Positions 41,343-48,000 of a stretch of DNA of 48,000 bases are shown here, piece by piece; within the stretch, counting starts at the first letter, position 1; every line of letters begins with the position of its first letter. The position numbers and the translations under genes were made by a program. Below the pieces are notes generated by a model. That model was not told the DNA's origin. It saw nothing but the letters and a program-made list of their open reading frames with translations, and did no database searches. The stretch is from Octopus bimaculoides (taxonomy: Eukaryota): the NCBI RefSeq assembly GCF_001194135.2, contig NC_068985.1:76483494-76531493 (forward strand), written 5' to 3'.

Positions 41343-44300
41343 GGCAGCGGACTGGCATAATTGTTAGGCTTAGTGGTATTTCGTCCACCTTTGTTCTGAA
41401 TTCAAATTCTTTTGCCTTTCATCTTCTTGAGGTCAATAAAATAAGTACTAACTGAGTACTGAGGTCAATGTAATCAACAATACCCTTCTCTCAAATTTCA
41501 GGCCTTGTGCCTATAGTAGAAAGATGATTATTATCATCATTAAGGCGATGAACTGGCAGAACTGTTGCCATGACAAACTAAATGCTTAGTGATATTTCTT
41601 CTGGCTCTTTACATTGTGAGTTCAAATTATTATCAACACCACTATTGTAATCATAATTATTATTATCGTCGTCATCATCATCATCATCAACTATGACATT
41701 AAATTCCTCGCTCAGTATGTAGAAAAGGAGTAGGTAGTAACTCTATAAGATGTACCCGGTGCAAGCTATGGACACATAAGAGGTGCAGCAACATCAAAGG
41801 CAGGTTAACTAGCAAGTTAGTTTTTGTTTGTGGCAGATGTTCAGGTGCAATAAAGACTGCAAACAAACAGGAAACAACTTCTATCTCATTCCAGGGTGAA
41901 AAACTAGAGGTAGTCGATAGCTTCCGCTATCTGGGCGACCAAGTTAGTAGTGGGGGTGGGTGCGCTGAAAGTGTAGCTGCTAGAATAAGAATAGCCTGGG
42001 CAAAGTTTAGAGAGCTCTTANNNNNNNNNNNNNNNNNNNNNNNNNNNNNNNNNNNNNNNNNNNNNNNNNNNNNNNNNNNNNNNNNNNNNNNNNNNNNNNN
42101 NNNNNNNNNNNNNNNNNNNNNNNNNNNNNNNNNNNNNNNNNNNNNNNNNNNNNNNNNNNNNNNNNNNNNNNNNNNNNNNNNNNNNNNNNNNNNNNNNNNN
42201 NNNNNNNNNNNNNNNNNNNNNNNNNNNNNNNNNNNNNNNNNNNNNNNNNNNNNNNNNNNNNNNNNNNNNNNNNNNNNNNNNNNNNNNNNNNNNNNNNNNN
42301 NNNNNNNNNNNNNNNNNNNNNNNNNNNNNNNNNNNNNNNNNNNNNNNNNNNNNNNNNNNNNNNNNNNNNNNNNNNNNNNNNNNNNNNNNNNNNNNNNNNN
42401 NNNNNNNNNNNNNNNNNNNNNNNNNNNNNNNNNNNNNNNNNNNNNNNNNNNNNNNNNNNNNNNNNNNNNNNNNNNNNNNNNNNNNNNNNNNNNNNNNNNN
42501 NNNNNNNNNNNNNNNNNNNNNNNNNNNNNNNNNNNNNNNNNNNNNNNNNNNNNNNNNNNNNNNNNNNNNNNNNNNNNNNNNNNNNNNNNNNNNNNNNNNN
42601 NNNNNNNNNNNNNNNNNNNNNNNNNNNNNNNNNNNNNNNNNNNNNNNNNNNNNNNNNNNNNNNNNNNNNNNNNNNNNNNNNNNNNNNNNNNNNNNNNNNN
42701 GGACTGGCTTGTGCGGGTGGCACATAAAAGACACCATTTCGAGCGTGGCCGTTTTCGTGCGGGTGACACGTAAAAGCACCCACTACACTCTCTGAGTGGT
42801 TGGCGTTAGGAAGGGCATCCAGCTGTAGAAACTCTGCCAAATCAGACTGGAGCCTGGTGTTGCCATCCGGTTTCACCAGTCCTCAGTCAAATCGTCCAAC
42901 CCATGCTAGCATGGAAAGCGGACGTTAAACGATGATGATGATGATGATGATCACTGTTACCTTAAAAAAACATACAGTATTTTGCAATTTAATTATCCTT
43001 TACAAAGCTGTGTGACCAGCTCAGTACAACTACTAAATCTCCTACAATAATATGAATGCTATTTTTAAAATGCATACATGTTTTTCAACCCACTAGATTT
43101 TAGAGAAGTATGACTACAGTAGAGTTAGAGTTAGAGAGAGAGAGAGAGAGTATAATCAATAAGACGACTGATCCAACATAAACACTGGACTTTAGGCATC
43201 TTCTATCTGAATTTCTGGTTTACTGTATAAACATGAGTTGCATTTTTATTTGTCGTTGCTGTTGTTGTTTAAGTGCAGGCTAACATTGGTTACACTGATC
43301 TGTAATGAAAGAAGTTTCAAATGCATATACCACCCTATCTTTTGTTCAGGCATAACTGTGTTTAACCCTCTAGCATTTAATCCAGCCATATCCAGCCTGA
43401 ATATTCAACCTGTTTTGTGTTAAAACTGACAGTATCCAACCTCTCTCACCTACTCTACAATGTCATTCTAGTAATAATACACAATCACATCATTGAAATC
43501 TCAAGGCTTTGAGATAATGCATGATTAATTCAAAACAATGTAAATAAATAAGTATTATATTTAACAAAGAAATCTGAATGCTAAAGGGTTAAGCCTACAT
43601 CATCAAAAGAGTTCTTTTTGACTTAAATTTAGGATGAGTTTTGAAGGATATGTAGTTATCTCTACCAAGTCGAACTACTGAATATTAGCTCTCTCTCTCT
43701 TTCTCTCTCCTCCCCCCCTTCTCTCATGTAAAACTAAGTGACTAAAATAATATTGCAAAATTCCATTATACTTGTGAAAAAGGGATATGCCTAATGTGAG
43801 ATTACAAAATACAATAATTACACTTTTCAAACATCTTTCAGATTTATCTCCAGCTTTGAGTATTTTATTGGCCCATATTTAAGACATAAGGATTACAAAC
43901 ATATGTTCCTATGTATTTCCATATCTGGTTTTATCATTTGAACTTACCAACACAAAGAGGTGGTTCTCGGTTCCATCCATTGGTGGAATTACAGCTGATA
44001 ACTTCACTGACTGCACTAACATCATGGTAAAATTTATAATTCTTCCTGCAAGATATTGTGCAGTTGACCCCATCAGGAATGTCTGAACAATTCAATAGTG
44101 CATTGGAGGTGAGGTTTTCAGTTGTGCATGTTTTGATGCTGTTAACTGCAAACAAAAATATCAAAGATATTTAATATAAAAGGATTTTTTTTTAAATTTC
44201 CAAAGTGCTTGGTACCTCTATTTTTAAGTGATCATTGCATGTCACGTCACATGTTGTATATAGCAATTCTAAAATCATTACCACTAACAAGACTTAACCT

Positions 44301-45841
44301 TTAAACATTTAAACCAGCTGTGACCAGCCAAAATATTCTACCTGTTTTATGTTCAAACTGGTTATATTTGGTCTCTCACACCTAACCAACTATGTCATTG
44401 TAAAAATAAACAATCATATTATTGATATCTTGAAGCTTCAAGATAATGCATGGTTAATTCAAAACAATGTGAATAAATAAGCATTATATATGACAGAATA
44501 ATTTGAATGCTAAAGGGTTAAAAAAATCTGAATAAGAAATCAACAAGCTGTTTTTATAGCTTTATAAGATTATAGTTTCATTTTGTTTTTAACATTTTAC
44601 CTGTAAGATACAAAAGCATCTCCAATCTGTTTACAAAACCCTGGCATAGATGGCTGCAGCGAAAGTTTAGCAGATAGGGACAAAGAGCAGGGGCTGATGA
44701 GGATTTGTGTAAGAAATTAAATGTAACATAGTAGTGAAATGTTTGCACTAAATACAGAAGATTAGTGAAGAGTGGAAAGGGGATGAGTTGATTATTATTC
44801 ATTCAATGACTGAATGTTAACATACATGAATTTTGGGTTATTAATAAGCCAAGAAAGTGGGTTCCATTTGCAAGGTCATGCACTGTATATCTTGATATGA
44901 GGTTATCATGTCACTCGCATGTGGTTGTGATGCATGTGCCTAATGTACTCTTATCAGATGGGTAGTCATGATGAGCATATTGGGCTTTGTATATTTGTAC
45001 CCCATGTCATTTTGATAACATGTGCTGCTCTCTCACGGCGGCGGTGGTGGTGGTGGTAGGGAGGAATAGGATAAGGAAGAGGGAGGGAGGGAGGGCAGCA
45101 CCAGGCAGTGGCTCTCATGGCTTCTGATCTTAACTGATTGGAAGTGATATCATGTACATATTTTGTCTTGGTATAAAAGTTGGGCTACAGCAAATATTCT
45201 GCTCAGTACCACAGATTTGTTTGTCAGTTGCTTGACCTTAACCAGTTGAGTGTGTCCCTTGGTGGCTGTTGATATGTGTATCTCTGATCATGAGCAGAAG
45301 TAGTGGGGAGCATCATAGCCATGTGTTGAGAGGAATTCATTGAGCTTTGAATAATTCACCTTTGGAAACATGGGTGTTTCATTCAATATCCTTAAACAAC
45401 CCTAATTCAGGGACCTTTTGAGCATATTAAGTTCCTCGACCTGAAGAAAATTCTAACTGGGCCCCATCTGCAAGGTCATGAGTTGTTTACCTTGATATGA
45501 GATCACCAAGTTATGCACCTATGGTTGTGATGCATGTGCCTGTTGTACCTTTATCAGATGGGTAGTCATGATGGGTATAATGGGCTTCATATATTTTACC
45601 CCAGTGTCATGCACAGCTCTCTCATTCAATAATAGTAATGATAATGATAGTAATAATAATAATTATTATTATCCTTTCTAATATAGGCACAAGGACTGAA
45701 ATTTTCAGGGAAGGGCTAGTTGATTTANNNNNNNNNNNNNNNNNNNNNNNNNNNNNNNNNNNNNNNNNNNNNNNNNNNNNNNNNNNNNNNNNNNNNNNNN
45801 NNNNNNNNNNNNNNNNNNNNNNNNNNNNNNNNNNNNNNNNN

Positions 45842-45872
<31 letters not shown>

Positions 45873-46819
45873 AAAGATGTGCCAATAAAGGAATCTTTAC
45901 AAGATTGCGTCCTACTAGAAGACATGATGGATAGGCCAGGCATGCTGGTTGATCACAAGCGTGCTCAACCATGTCTGACCTAGAGCTAAACAAAATTTTT
46001 TAAAGACCTGCTCACATATACTTAAGTTTGAAACAGAACAAAAATTGTCTTGATTATCCATATTTGATGGAGAGAGAGACAAGATTTATTGCTTGATCCT
46101 TAATTGGCTGGTTTTACAGAGGGACAGCAAGGACAAATCTATACCCAGAAAGTTCTTTGCAGCACAACTGTTAGCACTATATATCCTCCCATTTATGTAT
46201 TTAGAACAATATTCAGATCTTAGGACTATAAACTTGTTACATCATCACTACCTGTTATATCATCGGTGACAATATCTGATGTGTGTGTGTGACGATAGAT
46301 CACAGTACCGAATATAACCGTATAACAAATAAGCAATGTAACAAGAGTTGGTTACCTTATTATAACCATTCGCACAGTAGCAATCCAATACTCCTATGCA
46401 GAATCAATAAACGAGGCTATTGCTCTCATAGTTCGAGCTGAACTATCTGCTGACTCATCTATTTATAAGATTTGCCCAGTCTTGTGTGGGGGTGTCAGTT
46501 CACTGCACAACAAAACCCCAGAGTTTTCCACACATTGAAAAGAAAAAAAAGAAATCATAATTTAGAAACTTACATGTAACTTTAATAAAGATGTAACAAC
46601 TTGCTGTGTTATTTGATGGATCTGTGGCAGTTACTTTCATACTGTAAATATATGAAGACTTCTTATACTTAAGGTGTAATTCTTCTGGTTCAAAAGTCAA
46701 ATTTACTGAATTGGAATTATCTGTAGCATTTACTAAAAAGTCATCCTTCTTCAACACTTTGTCTGTTTGCAGAAAATATTCCTGATCTCCTGGACAGGAT
46801 ATTTGTGGAGCTTCATGTT
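932..46819 (-). CDS. Partial multi-exon gene (17 exons here): SVEP1/uninflatable-like extracellular protein, HYR-sushi-spacer-3xGCC2/GCC3-EGF array
   Basis: 17 manually spliced GT-AG exons sum to 2721 nt (907 codons) with matching phases and no stops. Domain order matches the central module of SVEP1/uif proteins. Both gene ends lie outside the window and orthology is unresolved. Confidence 0.9.
1205..1500. repeat. Degenerate ~21-bp minisatellite
   Basis: CAGTTAG-led units spaced 21 nt apart, e.g. cagttagcaatcaacattatg / cagttagttatctacatggtt / cagttagtaatccatgtaatt. Confidence 0.7.
1822..2280 (-). mobile_element. tRNA-derived SINE family B with internal (CA)/(TA) microsatellite
   Basis: Reverse match to 20276-20682; on its sense strand a tgtggctgtgtggtaagaagc head and a gaaacaagtaaaagataaaag tail. 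Confidence 0.85.
2550..2679 (+). repeat. Direct repeat copy 1 of ~130 bp
   Basis: Shares agggtctaactca...catagccaaacagtctgagct.gcact.tcaaatcatatg with 3255-3395. Confidence 0.8.
2836..2966 (-). CDS. Exon 16: EGF-like
   Basis: tcttag| acceptor, G|gtacag donor; 131 nt, phase 2-1; [43 protein letters not shown]. Confidence 0.9.
3255..3395 (+). repeat. Direct repeat copy 2
   Basis: Same motif blocks as 2550-2679. Confidence 0.8.
3690..4010 (+). mobile_element. Degraded RTE-type LINE 3' fragment
   Basis: [19 protein letters not shown] resembles the RTE C-terminal A.DR..WR.LV.AL motif. Confidence 0.45.
4703..5010 (+). mobile_element. tRNA-derived SINE family D (CORE-like centre)
   Basis: A/B-box-like head (gagtttgattccc) then ttgagcaagacact...ttgctccagttcactcagctg; reverse fragments at 18455-18600 and 35340-35550. 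Confidence 0.7.
5247..5377 (-). CDS. Exon 15: EGF-like
   Basis: tttcag| acceptor, AT|gtaagt donor; 131 nt, phase 0-2; [43 protein letters not shown]. Confidence 0.9.
5995..6131 (-). CDS. Exon 14: atypical EGF-like
   Basis: tttacag| acceptor, AAG|gtaagc donor; 137 nt, phase 1-0; [45 protein letters not shown]. Confidence 0.88.
6370..6590 (+). mobile_element. Degraded RTE-type LINE C-terminus
   Basis: [26 protein letters not shown]...ATDKI*WK resembles the RTE RGRP..RW.D / A.DR..W motifs. Confidence 0.55.
7101..7997 (+). mobile_element. Internally deleted mariner (Tc1/mariner) element
   Basis: TIRs tatgagggggtaccccaaaa / ttttgggtactccctcata with TA flanks; transposase remnants [29 protein letters not shown]; most of the catalytic domain is missing. 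Confidence 0.88.
8012..8294. other. Assembly gap between (TA)n and (CA)n
   Basis: Run of N. Other gaps: 208-217, 8662-8671, 17392-17599, 20873-20882, 24492-24649, 40685-40729, 42021-42700, 45728-45841. Confidence 0.98.
9345..9545 (-). CDS. Exon 13: two truncated EGF-like modules
   Basis: aaacag| acceptor, G|gtaaat donor; 201 nt, phase 1-1; [66 protein letters not shown]. Confidence 0.88.
9772..9991. repeat. Degenerate (CCCTAA)n telomere-like array
   Basis: Repeated taaccc/aaccct variants; resumes at ~10303-10320 after the MITE. Confidence 0.85.
9992..10302. mobile_element. hAT-type (Charlie-like) MITE
   Basis: TIR (T)AGGGGTTCTCAAC / GTTGAGAACCCCTG; 8-bp TSD ctctacac / ctccacac (7 of 8 match). 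Confidence 0.88.
10978..11203. mobile_element. piggyBac-type MITE family E
   Basis: Ends aatgctaaagggTTAA; body matches 43362-43592; left TIR decayed. Confidence 0.82.
11232..11441 (-). CDS. Exon 12: calcium-binding-type EGF plus EGF
   Basis: ttttag| acceptor, weaker G|gttggt donor; 210 nt, phase 1-1; [34 protein letters not shown]...CYPNFYK. Confidence 0.9.
11730..11985 (+). mobile_element. Family C repeat (RTE 3'UTR-related), diverged
   Basis: gaagggcatcca...aacccataccagcatggaaaatagacgttaaacaatgat. Confidence 0.75.
12123..12535 (+). mobile_element. SINE family B with internal (TG)n
   Basis: agcatggctgtgtggttaagtagcttgc head; aatgactgaaacaagtaaaagataaag tail. Confidence 0.82.
13675..13805 (-). 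CDS. Exon 11: EGF-like
   Basis: tttcag| acceptor, G|gtaagg donor; 131 nt, phase 2-1; [43 protein letters not shown]. Confidence 0.93.
14712..14900. mobile_element. piggyBac-type MITE E fragment cut by a SINE A 3' fragment (14900-14990)
   Basis: Body matches family E; the right TIR is replaced by ttttctactctaggcataaggcccg. Confidence 0.7.
15181..15316 (-). CDS. Exon 10: EGF-like
   Basis: tttcag| acceptor, TT|gtaagt donor; 136 nt, phase 1-2; [44 protein letters not shown]. Confidence 0.93.
16461..16670 (-). mobile_element. tRNA-derived SINE family A
   Basis: Reverse ggcgagctggcagaaatgttagc head, B-box gagttcaaattcc, ctttgcccttcatcctttt central block. Confidence 0.87.
17290..17391 (+). mobile_element. 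Probable Penelope-like terminal repeat fragment
   Basis: ttgaagagcgtagctcgaaacgtc resembles the GA.GA...CGAAAC motif of PLE termini; truncated by a gap. Confidence 0.4.
17620..17935 (+). mobile_element. Family C repeat with (GAT)n tail
   Basis: Near-identical to 39797-40093 and 42701-42950. Confidence 0.9.
18709..18825 (-). CDS. Exon 9: EGF-like
   Basis: ttccag| acceptor, A|gtaagt donor; 117 nt, phase 1-1; [38 protein letters not shown]. Confidence 0.93.
19161..19662 (+). mobile_element. Two tandem SINE A copies joined by (ATT)n
   Basis: Heads at ~19161 and ~19383; tails at 19370-19381 and 19597-19662. Confidence 0.87.
19906..19989 (-). CDS. Exon 8: EGF-like
   Basis: tttcag| acceptor, CAG|gtattt donor; 84 nt, phase 1-1; [27 protein letters not shown]. 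Confidence 0.92.
20051..20858. mobile_element. Minus-strand SINE B interrupted by a plus-strand SINE B (20276-20682)
   Basis: Order: minus 3' half (20051-20270), complete plus copy, (TA)n, minus 5' half (20697-20858). Confidence 0.85.
21070..21288 (-). mobile_element. SINE family A, diverged
   Basis: atcaaccctgaaaggatgaaa...gtcaacctcggcagaatttaaactcagag. Confidence 0.78.
21770..22300 (-). mobile_element. Highly degraded RTE-type LINE 3' fragment
   Basis: Frameshifted remnants ending [23 protein letters not shown], resembling the RTE C-terminus. Confidence 0.35.
22343..22501 (-). CDS. Exon 7: GCC2/GCC3 repeat 3
   Basis: tttcag| acceptor, G|gtgagt donor; 159 nt, phase 1-1; [52 protein letters not shown]. 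Confidence 0.93.
22560..22760. repeat. 25-bp minisatellite, about 8 units
   Basis: Unit tagcaaccctattttatacatccta. Confidence 0.85.
23375..23735 (+). mobile_element. SINE B 5' half followed by expanded (TG)/(AG) microsatellite
   Basis: ctggctatgtagttaaaatgcttgc...gtggcaccttcggcatgtcttctactatagcc. Confidence 0.7.
24788..25161. mobile_element. Foldback/MITE-like element with ~120-bp inverted repeats
   Basis: 24788-~24907 is the reverse complement of ~25042-25161 (gaagtataaggaaaggaaaa...agacaaa) with scattered mismatches; no clear TSD. Confidence 0.75.
25187..27290 (-). mobile_element. Degraded mariner transposon split by a Penelope-like insertion
   Basis: [15 protein letters not shown] start at 27236; IVTGDEKW; [16 protein letters not shown]; C-terminal IVE..E.EYILD continues across the insertion to a TIR-like end beside (TA)n at ~25189; frameshifts and stops. 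Confidence 0.88.
25273..26284 (-). mobile_element. 5'-truncated Penelope-like element with GIY-YIG endonuclease, inverted terminal segment and 13-bp TSD
   Basis: ORF 25809-26144 NVDYKISC...[12 protein letters not shown]...YQH...QH...RQIQESVLI...PILN; 124-bp inverted repeat 25342-25465 / 26149-26272; TATACTCTCTTTC at 25273-25285 and 26272-26284. Confidence 0.88.
28529..28684 (-). CDS. Exon 6: GCC2/GCC3 repeat 2
   Basis: ttcacag| acceptor, G|gtgagc donor; 156 nt, phase 1-1; [51 protein letters not shown]. Confidence 0.93.
28860..29098 (-). mobile_element. SINE B 5' half with (CT)/(CA) microsatellite
   Basis: ttctttcagtttcc...gggaagcaactttttaaccatacagccacgcc. Confidence 0.75.
29578..29890. mobile_element. 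Decayed copy of the hAT-type MITE
   Basis: caggggttttca start; cccctttgatt and aaaatcttatatggacc blocks shared with 10000-10294. Confidence 0.65.
30883..31041 (-). CDS. Exon 5: GCC2/GCC3 repeat 1
   Basis: 159 nt, phase 1-1, G|gtaagt donor; [52 protein letters not shown]. Confidence 0.93.
31290..31930 (-). mobile_element. L1/Tx1-clade LINE 3' fragment
   Basis: CCHC knuckle [23 protein letters not shown] followed by [16 protein letters not shown]. Confidence 0.55.
32010..32222 (-). mobile_element. SINE family A
   Basis: ttctcctataggcaaaaagcctgaaa...ccctgaaaggatgaaagg...gattctgcaagctcacc. Confidence 0.8.
32580..32773 (+). mobile_element. Family C repeat, 5'-truncated, (GAT)n tail
   Basis: gactggccctcatgccggtggcacgtaaaagcacccactac...gcggacgttaaatgatgatgat. 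Confidence 0.9.
32931..33177. mobile_element. piggyBac-type MITE family E
   Basis: TTAActttttagcatt ... aatattaaagggTTAT. Confidence 0.75.
33329..33530 (-). CDS. Exon 4: spacer second half leading into GCC repeats
   Basis: tttgcag|GTTTAT acceptor, C|gtgagt donor; 202 nt, phase 0-1; VYATVRLEY...[15 protein letters not shown]. Confidence 0.85.
34795..35198 (-). mobile_element. Full-length tRNA-derived SINE (family G, 34806-35187) with 11-bp TSD
   Basis: A box TGGCTCAGTGG, B box GTTTCGATTCC; AGTGAGCAGAT at 34795-34805 and 35188-35198; CpG-rich. Confidence 0.9.
35745..35920 (-). mobile_element. Family C-related repeat, diverged
   Basis: ttccatgctggcatgggttggac...cagctgggtacccttcctaataccaac. 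Confidence 0.65.
36170..36382. repeat. Compound trinucleotide low-complexity tract (GAT/AAC/AGC/ACC/CAT)
   Basis: Successive trinucleotide runs. Confidence 0.85.
36812..37023 (-). CDS. Exon 3: spacer (possible SEA-like fold), first half
   Basis: ctttacag| acceptor, TCG|gtaaat donor; 212 nt, phase 1-0, which fits exon 4; [15 protein letters not shown]...ELKNSS. Confidence 0.8.
37083..37280 (-). mobile_element. SINE family A, tail ~60 bp from the exon 3 acceptor
   Basis: cctttctattataggcacaag...ttctgccagctcgccacc. Confidence 0.85.
37292..37553 (+). mobile_element. SINE-like family H 3' part with (AAT)n tail
   Basis: Matches 45408-45632 (cagggaccttttgagc...cctgaagaaaatt.taactgggcccca...ccccagtgtca). 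Confidence 0.8.
38250..39119 (+). mobile_element. R4/Dong-type non-LTR retrotransposon 3' fragment (RLE domain)
   Basis: [11 protein letters not shown]; CCHC CRMC...HIVSEC; RHD; QPDIV...IIDV; [12 protein letters not shown]; followed by (AAT)n 39120-39155. Confidence 0.85.
39156..39545 (-). mobile_element. Two tandem SINE A copies
   Basis: Copies at 39156-39350 and 39368-39545 separated by (AAT)n. Confidence 0.82.
39797..40093 (+). mobile_element. Family C repeat with (GAT)n tail
   Basis: Contains two internal gccagt...actggc units; near-identical to 42701-42950. Confidence 0.9.
40394..41026 (-). mobile_element. Second R4/Dong-type RLE retrotransposon fragment within (ATT)n
   Basis: [17 protein letters not shown]...[19 protein letters not shown]; (ATT)n on both sides (40367-40393, 41027-41068); 45-N gap inside. 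Confidence 0.87.
41069..41630 (+). mobile_element. Three head-to-tail SINE A copies
   Basis: Heads at ~41069, ~41341 and ~41541, each preceded by (ATT)n or attatcatcatt. Confidence 0.85.
41706..42950 (+). mobile_element. 5'-truncated RTE-clade LINE: PHD-like finger, RT motif-7 region, gap, 3'UTR with (GAT)n tail
   Basis: Open frame 41706-42020 ending [39 protein letters not shown]; 680-N gap; family C sequence at 42701-42950. Confidence 0.82.
43362..43592. mobile_element. piggyBac-type MITE family E, complete
   Basis: TTAA-CCCTCTAGCATT ... AATGCTAAAGGG-TTAA. Confidence 0.92.
43948..44145 (-). CDS. Exon 2: sushi/CCP domain
   Basis: tttgcag| acceptor, G|gtaagt donor; 198 nt, phase 1-1; [13 protein letters not shown]...ISC...[10 protein letters not shown]. 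Confidence 0.92.
44294..44521. mobile_element. piggyBac-type MITE family E
   Basis: TTAAcctttaaacatt ... aatgctaaagggTTAA. Confidence 0.88.
44870..45665 (+). mobile_element. SINE-like family H: partial 3' copy (44870-45035) then a longer copy (~45095-45632) with AAT-rich tail
   Basis: caaggtcatg...gatatgag...ggttgtgatgcatgtgcct block occurs at 44870, 45470 and 37355. Confidence 0.75.
46574..46819 (-). CDS. Exon 1 in window: HYR domain
   Basis: ttatag|AACAT acceptor, ACAT|gtaagt donor; 246 nt, phase 1-1; [10 protein letters not shown]...VNATDNS...[13 protein letters not shown]. Confidence 0.92.
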
Positions 46820-47157
46820 CTATAACAGAATAATGAAAGAAAGACATTAAAATTCATCCTTTTATAATTCACAAGTATCTATAGGAGTAAAGACTTAACT
46901 CTAGTTTCCTTATGATGTCAAGCCAATGAGAGATAAACCACTGCCTAAATAAGTTTGTAGTTATTGTATTATTCCCAAACCAAATCTGTGACATATTTCC
47001 CACAGCAAGAGGAACTAAAGCAACTAGAATTAATAGTTCTAACATGAAATATAACGAAACTCATGCAACAAATTTGAATGTACAACATATAAGTTGGTAG
47101 TTCAATATACTATCCACTTTGAAGCAACATACAATTAATAAATACTTCTTCTTTAGT

Positions 47158-47388
47158 TTATCCCTTTAGCATTTAAACCAACCATATCTGGCTAAAATAT
47201 TCTACCTGCTTTATGTCCAAACCAGCCATATCTGGCCTCTCAAACTTACCTTACAATGTCATTCTCAAAAAATAAAAAGTTACATCATCACAATACCAAG
47301 GTTAGGAGATAATGCATGATTAATTGAAAACAATGTGAATAAAGAAGCATTACATTTGACAAAATAAATCTGAATGCTAAAGGGTTAA
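47158..47388. mobile_element. piggyBac-type MITE family E
   Basis: TTAT-CCCTTTAGCATT ... AATGCTAAAGGG-TTAA. Confidence 0.9.
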
Positions 47389-47469
47389 AAAATTGATACA
47401 TTTTCATCTACTTTAAAGTTTGCTGTGTATTATTCACAATACTGGAGTTAAATGTTTACATTTTCTTTT

Positions 47470-47690
47470 TCTTTTTATCTTTTACTTGTTTCAGATATTA
47501 GACTGTGGCCATGCTGGGGCACCACCTTAAGGAATTTTAGTTGGATGAATTGACCCCAGTACCCTTTATTTTTAAGCCTGGTACTTATTCGATTAGTCTC
47601 TTTTGCCAAGCCACTAATTTACTGGGATGTAAACACACTGGCACCAGTTGTCAAGTTGTGGTGATGGTGGTTGTGGTGGTGGACAATGAA
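47470..47690 (-). mobile_element. SINE B 3' half
   Basis: cttttacttgtttcag...ggccatgctggggcaccacc...accagttgtcaag. Confidence 0.78.
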
Positions 47691-47808
47691 TTCCAATTTA
47701 ATCAGAATCTACATGATCTGAAGTATATTTGTGGAAAAGAAATATGTAATTTTCTCAAGGTTATGAAGAAGCAAATCTTTGGGGCACAATTGTGTAGATA
47801 TGCCAAAA

Positions 47809-47847
<39 letters not shown>

Positions 47848-48000
47848 GATTTATGCATTGTTGTCTCTCAAATATTTAAAATCTACAATTAAGAGCCCTC
47901 TCTACTCGCTGGCGGTACCTACCCACCACCACTACCCATTTTCCTTTATTCAAAAATTCTTATCGCTCCTTAAAATTATGGCTTTTAAGTGTTGATTTCT

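Noticed and set aside
1-48000. tRNA genes, CRISPR arrays or prokaryotic systems
   Set aside because: A/B boxes belong to SINE heads with no complete cloverleaf; no repeat-spacer arrays; the sequence is intron-rich eukaryotic DNA

Overview
AT-rich animal genomic DNA from a draft assembly with 9 N gaps. The repeat content resembles Octopus/coleoid cephalopod DNA; this is an inference from repeat style. One large minus-strand gene spans the window and continues past both ends. I reconstructed 17 GT-AG exons (2721 nt, 907 codons) with consistent splice phases and no stops. They encode HYR - sushi/CCP - ~138-aa spacer - 3x GCC2/GCC3 (ephrin-receptor-like) - about 12 EGF-like modules, an SVEP1/uninflatable-type architecture. 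The introns hold several tRNA-derived SINE families, RTE, Tx1/L1 and R4/Dong-type LINE fragments, two mariner relics, a Penelope-like element, piggyBac- and hAT-type MITEs, and many micro/minisatellites. Most notable: a PHD finger embedded in an RTE reverse transcriptase, a Penelope insertion (13-bp TSD, inverted terminal segment, hammerhead-like core) splitting a mariner, R4/Dong-type elements in (TAA)n tracts shared with SINE ends, and a self-nested SINE double hairpin next to an exon. No clearly new biological system can be proven from sequence alone.
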